NCBI GenBank assembly: GCA_963719495.1
Contig: CAVRCI010000002.1
Location: 608,001-672,000, forward strand
Direction: 5' to 3'
DNA length: 64,000 nucleotides
Origin: an uncultured Verrucomicrobiae bacterium
GTDB lineage: Bacteria; Verrucomicrobiota; Verrucomicrobiia; Chthoniobacterales; JAATET01
Position numbers and translations under genes: made by a program. Under the pieces are notes generated by a model that was not told the DNA's origin, did no database searches, and saw only the letters and a program-made list of their open reading frames with translations. Below are positions 59,135 through 64,000 of the stretch, one piece after another; the first letter of the stretch is position 1, and each line of letters starts with the position of its first letter.

Positions 59135-59971
59135 TCAGCCTTTGACGGCACCGGAGCTGAGGCCGCGGACGAAGAGTTTGACCGTGAACATGAACAGCAC
59201 GAGCAGCGGAATGCTCGCGATGAAGAAGGCGGCCATGATCTTGCCCCATTGCTTGACGTATTCGCCGTCGAGGTAGATCAACCCGACGCCCAGAGTGAAG
59301 AGGTCCTCGTCCCGCAGCAGGATGAGCGGCATGAGGAAGTCGTTCCACGCGGCGAGGAACGACAGGATCGCGAGCGTGCCAATGATGGGACCGCTCATCG
59401 GGATGACGACGTTGAGCATCTGCTGAAAGTGGGACGCGCCGTCCATTTCCGCCGCTTCGAAGAGGTCATTCGGGATGTCTTCGATGAAGTTGCGCAGAAC
59501 GTAGATGTTGAAGACCTGCACCCCGGAGATGCCGAGGATGACGAGCGCCCAGAGCGAGTTGAGGAGGTTGAGATCTTTGAGCAGCGAGAAGAGCGGGACG
59601 ATGTTGGCGACGCTTGGCATGAGCATCAGCACGAGAAACGCGGCCCAGATCACGCTGGCGAACGGCATCTTGTAGCGGGCGAAAAAGTACGCGGCCATGA
59701 TCGCCATGAAGAGGCCGACGGCCGTGCCGGTCACGGCGACGAAGGTCGTGTTCGCGACGTAGGGCAGGATGAGTTCGAGGCCGAACGCCCAATTTTCCCA
59801 GTGCCACTCCGAGATTGGCGACGGCAGCCAGGGGTTCCGGAGGAACTCGGCGTTATCCTTGAAGCTGACCTGCAGCATCATGTAGAGCGGGAAAAGCTCG
59901 ACGGCGACGATGCCCCAAATGAGGAGGTGCTTGGGGAGTTCGCCGCTCCGCCGCTGGGTCTGGTCGCTCAT
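59135..59971 (-). CDS. Carbohydrate ABC transporter permease (MalG-like)
   Basis: EAAEMDGAS loop, WNDFLMPLI, GAVKG end. Confidence 0.92.
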   Translation of the reverse strand: MSDQTQRRSGELPKHLLIWGIVAVELFPLYMMLQVSFKDNAEFLRNPWLPSPISEWHWENWAFGLELILPYVANTTFVAVTGTAVGLFMAIMAAYFFARYKMPFASVIWAAFLVLMLMPSVANIVPLFSLLKDLNLLNSLWALVILGISGVQVFNIYVLRNFIEDIPNDLFEAAEMDGASHFQQMLNVVIPMSGPIIGTLAILSFLAAWNDFLMPLILLRDEDLFTLGVGLIYLDGEYVKQWGKIMAAFFIASIPLLVLFMFTVKLFVRGLSSGAVKG

Positions 59972-60918
59972 TTGGAAACGCGAACGTATTTGTTGTTGAT
60001 GACCGTGAGGCCGAGGATGAAGAAAAACAGGATGATCCCGATCGCGCAGGCGTAGCCGAGTTCGCCGGCGACGAAGGCTCGGTTGAACATCCACAGGCCC
60101 GGCACCATGCCGGCGCCGCCCGCTCCGCCGCCCTCGCCGAGCAGGAGAAGTTGCAACCCGAAGCCCTGCAGGGTCGCGATGATGAGCAGCACGAGGCTCA
60201 AGCGGACCTGCGTCATGATGAGGGGAAACTCGATGTGCCAGAATTTTTGAAATGGCCCCACGCCATCGAGGTCCGCCGCCTCGTAAACCTCCGTCCCGAT
60301 GCTTTGCAAGCCGGCCAGATAGATCAGCACGCCCACGGTGCCGATCCACGGGAACCCCCAGATGATGAGCGACGGGATGATGAGATCCGGCTGGCTGAGC
60401 CACGCGATGGGGACGTCGCTCTGAAAGAGCTGCCAGTGGAAGACATGACTATCGAAGAAGACCAGCAGTGACTTGAGGCCGGTGGCGTCGAGGACTTTGT
60501 TGAGAACGCCGAGATTCGGATCGAAGAAAAATTTCCAGATAAACAGGACGACGAGTCCCGGCACGATCATTGGGATGACGAGCGTCACGCGATACCAATA
60601 CTGCCATTTGTCGCTCTTCACGCGGTGAACGAGCACGGCCATCACGATCGATGGGATGAGTTTCACGACGTTCGCGACAATGAGAATGGCGATCGTCACG
60701 AACGAACCCCAGAGCACCGTGTCGCCGAACGCGCGGGTGAAATTCTCCAGCCCGATGAACTGCTTGAAGTCGCCGCCGCGCCAGTCGAAGAAGCTGTGGT
60801 AGACGGCGCTGATCGCCGGAAAGTACGAGAACGTGCAGACGAGCAGCACGGACGGAACGACGAAGAGAAACAGCCGCCACTCCTTGAGGGCCTTGGCGCG
60901 GGAGATCGGGAGAGCCAT
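59968..60918 (-). CDS. Carbohydrate ABC transporter permease (MalF-like)
   Basis: FIGLENF, YLAGLQSI..EVYEAADLDG. Confidence 0.92.
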   Translation of the reverse strand: MALPISRAKALKEWRLFLFVVPSVLLVCTFSYFPAISAVYHSFFDWRGGDFKQFIGLENFTRAFGDTVLWGSFVTIAILIVANVVKLIPSIVMAVLVHRVKSDKWQYWYRVTLVIPMIVPGLVVLFIWKFFFDPNLGVLNKVLDATGLKSLLVFFDSHVFHWQLFQSDVPIAWLSQPDLIIPSLIIWGFPWIGTVGVLIYLAGLQSIGTEVYEAADLDGVGPFQKFWHIEFPLIMTQVRLSLVLLIIATLQGFGLQLLLLGEGGGAGGAGMVPGLWMFNRAFVAGELGYACAIGIILFFFILGLTVINNKYVRVSK

Positions 60919-60925
60919 GCGGAAG

Positions 60926-62566
60926 CTATTCGGGAGTGGGGTGACCGAGGCGGTTCAGCTCGGAGCGGAGGTAGGCGTTGGTCGCCTCCTGGTTGTTCTG
61001 CGACTCCAGCAACTCGCTCAAGCGGTCGGCGGCCCCCGCTTCGCCGCGTCCGGCCAGCTGTCGGTAGGCCGAGATGGGCACGTCTTTGCTGGCAGTCACG
61101 CGCTCGCTGGCAGTGTAACGCCGCTGGAGATCGGAGACGATCGCCGCGGGCATTTCGCGATCCAGCTCGGTCGCGAACGCCGCGACGGTCCCGGTGGGCG
61201 AGACGAGGCGGTGAAGATTCGTGTCGTAGACCCGCTTGGCGTCGGCACCGATCGCGAGGTTTGGGGTGAATCCGTTGATGTATCCGTCCGTCCGGGGTTC
61301 GAACGCCTTGATCTCGGGCGCGATCTCGAGCCCGACGACCGCCGGGAGCCAGCCGCTGATCCTCGAAAATTCGGCGTTGGACTTTTTCGACGTGAGGAAG
61401 CGGAGAAAATCCACGGCTGCTCCCGGGTTCGGCGAGCCGGCCGTCAATCCAAACGACAAGCTCGTGCTCAAGGCGGCCTCGGACGGGTCGCCAAACATGA
61501 AGGGCGCATAATGCGGGTCCTGGGCCGAGGGAATCGGGAGGGCGAATACCCCGATGGGGAATTCCACCTGCGCGCGCAGGCTCGTGCTGTCCCAACTCCC
61601 GGTTGCGATCATCAACGCGCGTGCCTGCGCGAAATAAAACAGCGCGTCGTCGCGCCCCAGCGACATGAAGCCCGGCTGCATGAATTGACCCGTCTCACGC
61701 ATCAGCTCGAGGCCGCTCCGCGTGCCGGGACTGGCGTAGGACCACCGACCGGCAAGCATTCCGAGGCCGATGCTGGCCGAGTCGGGAATCAACGCCCCCA
61801 ACTCGTCGAGCCGGACCGTCAGCCGCTGGGTCTGCGACTGAAAAAGCCCGTCGAGAATGGGTGTCGCGTTGTATTGCGATCCTGCGACGGGGATGACCCT
61901 CTGGCCGGACGCGTTGCGGTAGGCCACCGTCGTCTTGCAGAGTTCGATGAACTCACCGTAGGTCTTCGGCGCCACGTCCTCGCCGGTGATGGCAACCATC
62001 AAGTCCCGGTTGTAGAACATCCGAATCGTGAACATCGTGTTCGGGATGCCGTAGACGTCGAGCAGGTTCTCGGAGTAATTTGGGTCGCGGGTCAGTGCGT
62101 CGAGGAACGTGTCCCGCCAGGGTCGTCCGGCGAGATCAGTGCCTTCGTTGTAGGGATTCGGCTGCTCGGTGTAAGTCGTCAGAGGAACGAAAAACCGAGC
62201 CAGGACGTCGGTGTTCGACCGCACGTCCACGCCCATTGGAATGCCGAGCTGAATGAGGTCCGGTGCCGTCCCGCCGATGAGCTGGGTGCGCGACCAGTTC
62301 TTGGTGATCTTCTCCGGGATGGCCATCTGCTCGATCTCGACGCCGGGGTGGAGACGTTCGTATTCGCGGGCCAGCGCGTCGAAGGCGTCCCGCACCCCGC
62401 CCTCGAGCTGCCAGTGGGCGAAGCGGATTTTGATCTCCGCGGCGGTCTCGCCTGGCTCGGCGGCTTGCGACTCGCCGCGGTAGGTCAGGACGTGGACGAG
62501 CGAATACAGATACACGGCTCCGAGCAGCCCCACGCCGACGAAGTTAAGAATTTTTTCCCGATTCAC
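60926..62566 (-). CDS. ABC transporter solute-binding protein
   Basis: N-terminal membrane anchor, IRFAHWQLE, APDL, FYNRDL, GSWD. Confidence 0.88.
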   Translation of the reverse strand: MNREKILNFVGVGLLGAVYLYSLVHVLTYRGESQAAEPGETAAEIKIRFAHWQLEGGVRDAFDALAREYERLHPGVEIEQMAIPEKITKNWSRTQLIGGTAPDLIQLGIPMGVDVRSNTDVLARFFVPLTTYTEQPNPYNEGTDLAGRPWRDTFLDALTRDPNYSENLLDVYGIPNTMFTIRMFYNRDLMVAITGEDVAPKTYGEFIELCKTTVAYRNASGQRVIPVAGSQYNATPILDGLFQSQTQRLTVRLDELGALIPDSASIGLGMLAGRWSYASPGTRSGLELMRETGQFMQPGFMSLGRDDALFYFAQARALMIATGSWDSTSLRAQVEFPIGVFALPIPSAQDPHYAPFMFGDPSEAALSTSLSFGLTAGSPNPGAAVDFLRFLTSKKSNAEFSRISGWLPAVVGLEIAPEIKAFEPRTDGYINGFTPNLAIGADAKRVYDTNLHRLVSPTGTVAAFATELDREMPAAIVSDLQRRYTASERVTASKDVPISAYRQLAGRGEAGAADRLSELLESQNNQEATNAYLRSELNRLGHPTPE

Positions 62567-63402
62567 GGCACCCCCTCCCTGCGGAGCTGATCGAGAGTTT
62601 GCGCGATCATGAAGTGACGCGAATCGCGGGGGAAATCGCGCACGAACCGCGCGTAGTAATCCACCGCGACATCGGATCGTCCGGTCGCTTCGGCGAGCCG
62701 CCCGATCCTCACCCAGTGCCCGGCGCGCGTCTCGCGCCGGGCGATCCCGATCTCGTCCGCTGACAGCAGTTGGTTGAGGGTCAGTTCGTCGTCCCGCAGG
62801 TAGCGCGCCGACGCGTCGGCGAGCACGAGATGAAGGTCGCGCCGGGCGGGCCCGAATCCCATCGCGGGCGACAGCGAGGCAAACTCCTCGATTCTCGTCC
62901 GGCGGTCTTCGGGCGTCATCTCTTCGTACAATTCAATGATCGCCCGTTTGACGATGGCCTCGTCGGCCAGAGGATGTCCGGGATGTTTGGCGGCGAGGTC
63001 GGCGAAAAGCACGGCGCCGCGATCCCGGTCCGGCTCGAATCGGTGAATCTGCTCGATGCGTGCCCGGTGAAACAGCGCGGCAATCCCGAGATCGCCGGAG
63101 TCCGCGGCGGCGACTTCGTCGAAGAGCCGGGCCGCCTCGTCGATGTTCCCCTCCGTCTTCGGCTGCGTGCTGAGAAGAACGGTTGCGAGGCCGAATTTCG
63201 CCTCAAGCGCGTCCCCGTCATCCCGCGCGGCGGTCCGCTCGAACTCCGTGCGAGCCTCGGCGATGAGAAGTTTCGACGCGAGCCGCCAGGCGCCTTCGAG
63301 CGGCGATTCGTCGGCGGCCCGGAGGGGGAAGCCGCTCGACAGGCCGAGAGAAAACACAAAGACGCCGGTAATCCAGCGAAGCGGAGTTGCGCTCGGATAC
63401 AT
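62563..63402 (-). CDS. Secreted TPR-like helical repeat protein
   Basis: Signal peptide; repeated helical motifs (A..YY..FVRDFP); coupled to the solute-binding protein gene. Confidence 0.7.
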   Translation of the reverse strand: MYPSATPLRWITGVFVFSLGLSSGFPLRAADESPLEGAWRLASKLLIAEARTEFERTAARDDGDALEAKFGLATVLLSTQPKTEGNIDEAARLFDEVAAADSGDLGIAALFHRARIEQIHRFEPDRDRGAVLFADLAAKHPGHPLADEAIVKRAIIELYEEMTPEDRRTRIEEFASLSPAMGFGPARRDLHLVLADASARYLRDDELTLNQLLSADEIGIARRETRAGHWVRIGRLAEATGRSDVAVDYYARFVRDFPRDSRHFMIAQTLDQLRREGVP

Positions 63403-63425
63403 CGCGGAAGTTCAACTAACGAGCC

Positions 63426-63998
63426 TCAGCGGCTCCAGCGCTTTGCGTGGACGGTCGAGCACCCGGGGCAGGTGACGCGGGTGGGGTGCTCCCGGCCTTC
63501 GTGCGTGAATGGCTCGGACGCGGTGTGATCCGGGCCGGGACGAAGGACTCGGAAACCTTCGACGCCGGTGTCGTGCCAGCCACCGAAGTCGACGCCGAGC
63601 CAGGCGTGCAGTCGGCGGTTGGCGCGGGCGAGGAGCTGTCCGTTGTCGTCGGCGAGGGCGGTGTTGGGGCCGCAGAGGAGGCGGCGGTTTGGTTCGCCAT
63701 CCGCCCAGGCGATGATGTGCTCCTGCGTTTCAACTCCCAGCAGCGGAGACTCGGCGAGGACGAGCAGGTCGGCGGGCGGAAGCTCGCCGCGGAGATCTTC
63801 ATCGTGAAGGAAAGTCACCCGCCAGCCCTCGGTATCGAGCCAGCGGTGGACGCCGCGCATCGACTCTTCGATGCCTTTGAGGTCTTCGAAGAAGGAGGCG
63901 AATCGGTAGGCGTCGCGGCTGTGGTGAACGAGCGCCAGGGGGCGCTGGCCGTAGGCGGCGCGTTTGGCGGCGAGTGGCGACGGATCGGCGGCAAATCG
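63426..63998 (-). CDS. 3' part of a probable GH42-like protein (trimerisation-type domain), partial
   Basis: Frame open from the window edge; VTFLHDEDL...DLLVLAE...LLCGPNTALADDNG pattern. Confidence 0.5.
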   Translation of the reverse strand, partial: RFAADPSPLAAKRAAYGQRPLALVHHSRDAYRFASFFEDLKGIEESMRGVHRWLDTEGWRVTFLHDEDLRGELPPADLLVLAESPLLGVETQEHIIAWADGEPNRRLLCGPNTALADDNGQLLARANRRLHAWLGVDFGGWHDTGVEGFRVLRPGPDHTASEPFTHEGREHPTRVTCPGCSTVHAKRWSR

Positions 63999-64000
63999 AC

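Overview
GC-rich bacterial window, probably Verrucomicrobiota (inferred from two PEP-CTERM genes and the REP-like repeats). Most of it is a large carbohydrate-utilisation island: GH28-like, GH31, GH65, GH13, GH2, GH1 and GH52 enzymes, an alginate lyase, a sulfatase, an acetylesterase, three secreted clan-GH-A-like multidomain enzymes, a sugar ABC importer, and LacI and AraC regulators. The island is heavily remodelled. An intact IS1634 splits the GH65 gene and an intact IS4 splits a signal peptide. There are decayed IS1380 and ISKra4-like remnants, several gene fragments, and an inverted duplication of a LacI / amidohydrolase-fold / Rieske module around a GH1 gene. The most unusual feature is a ~9.5 kb co-oriented six-gene element at ~46.9-56.5 kb. 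It combines a ~1290-aa protein with apparently three tandem tyrosine-recombinase-like domains (only the last has a full catalytic set), a Mu/TnsB-type DDE transposase, a MuB/TnsC-type ATPase, an unknown putative DNA-binding protein in the TniQ position, and a second ClpX/HslU-like AAA+ ATPase. No TnsA, TniQ or Cas genes were recognised. No tRNA, rRNA or CRISPR array was seen. All product calls come from motifs read by eye, not database searches.
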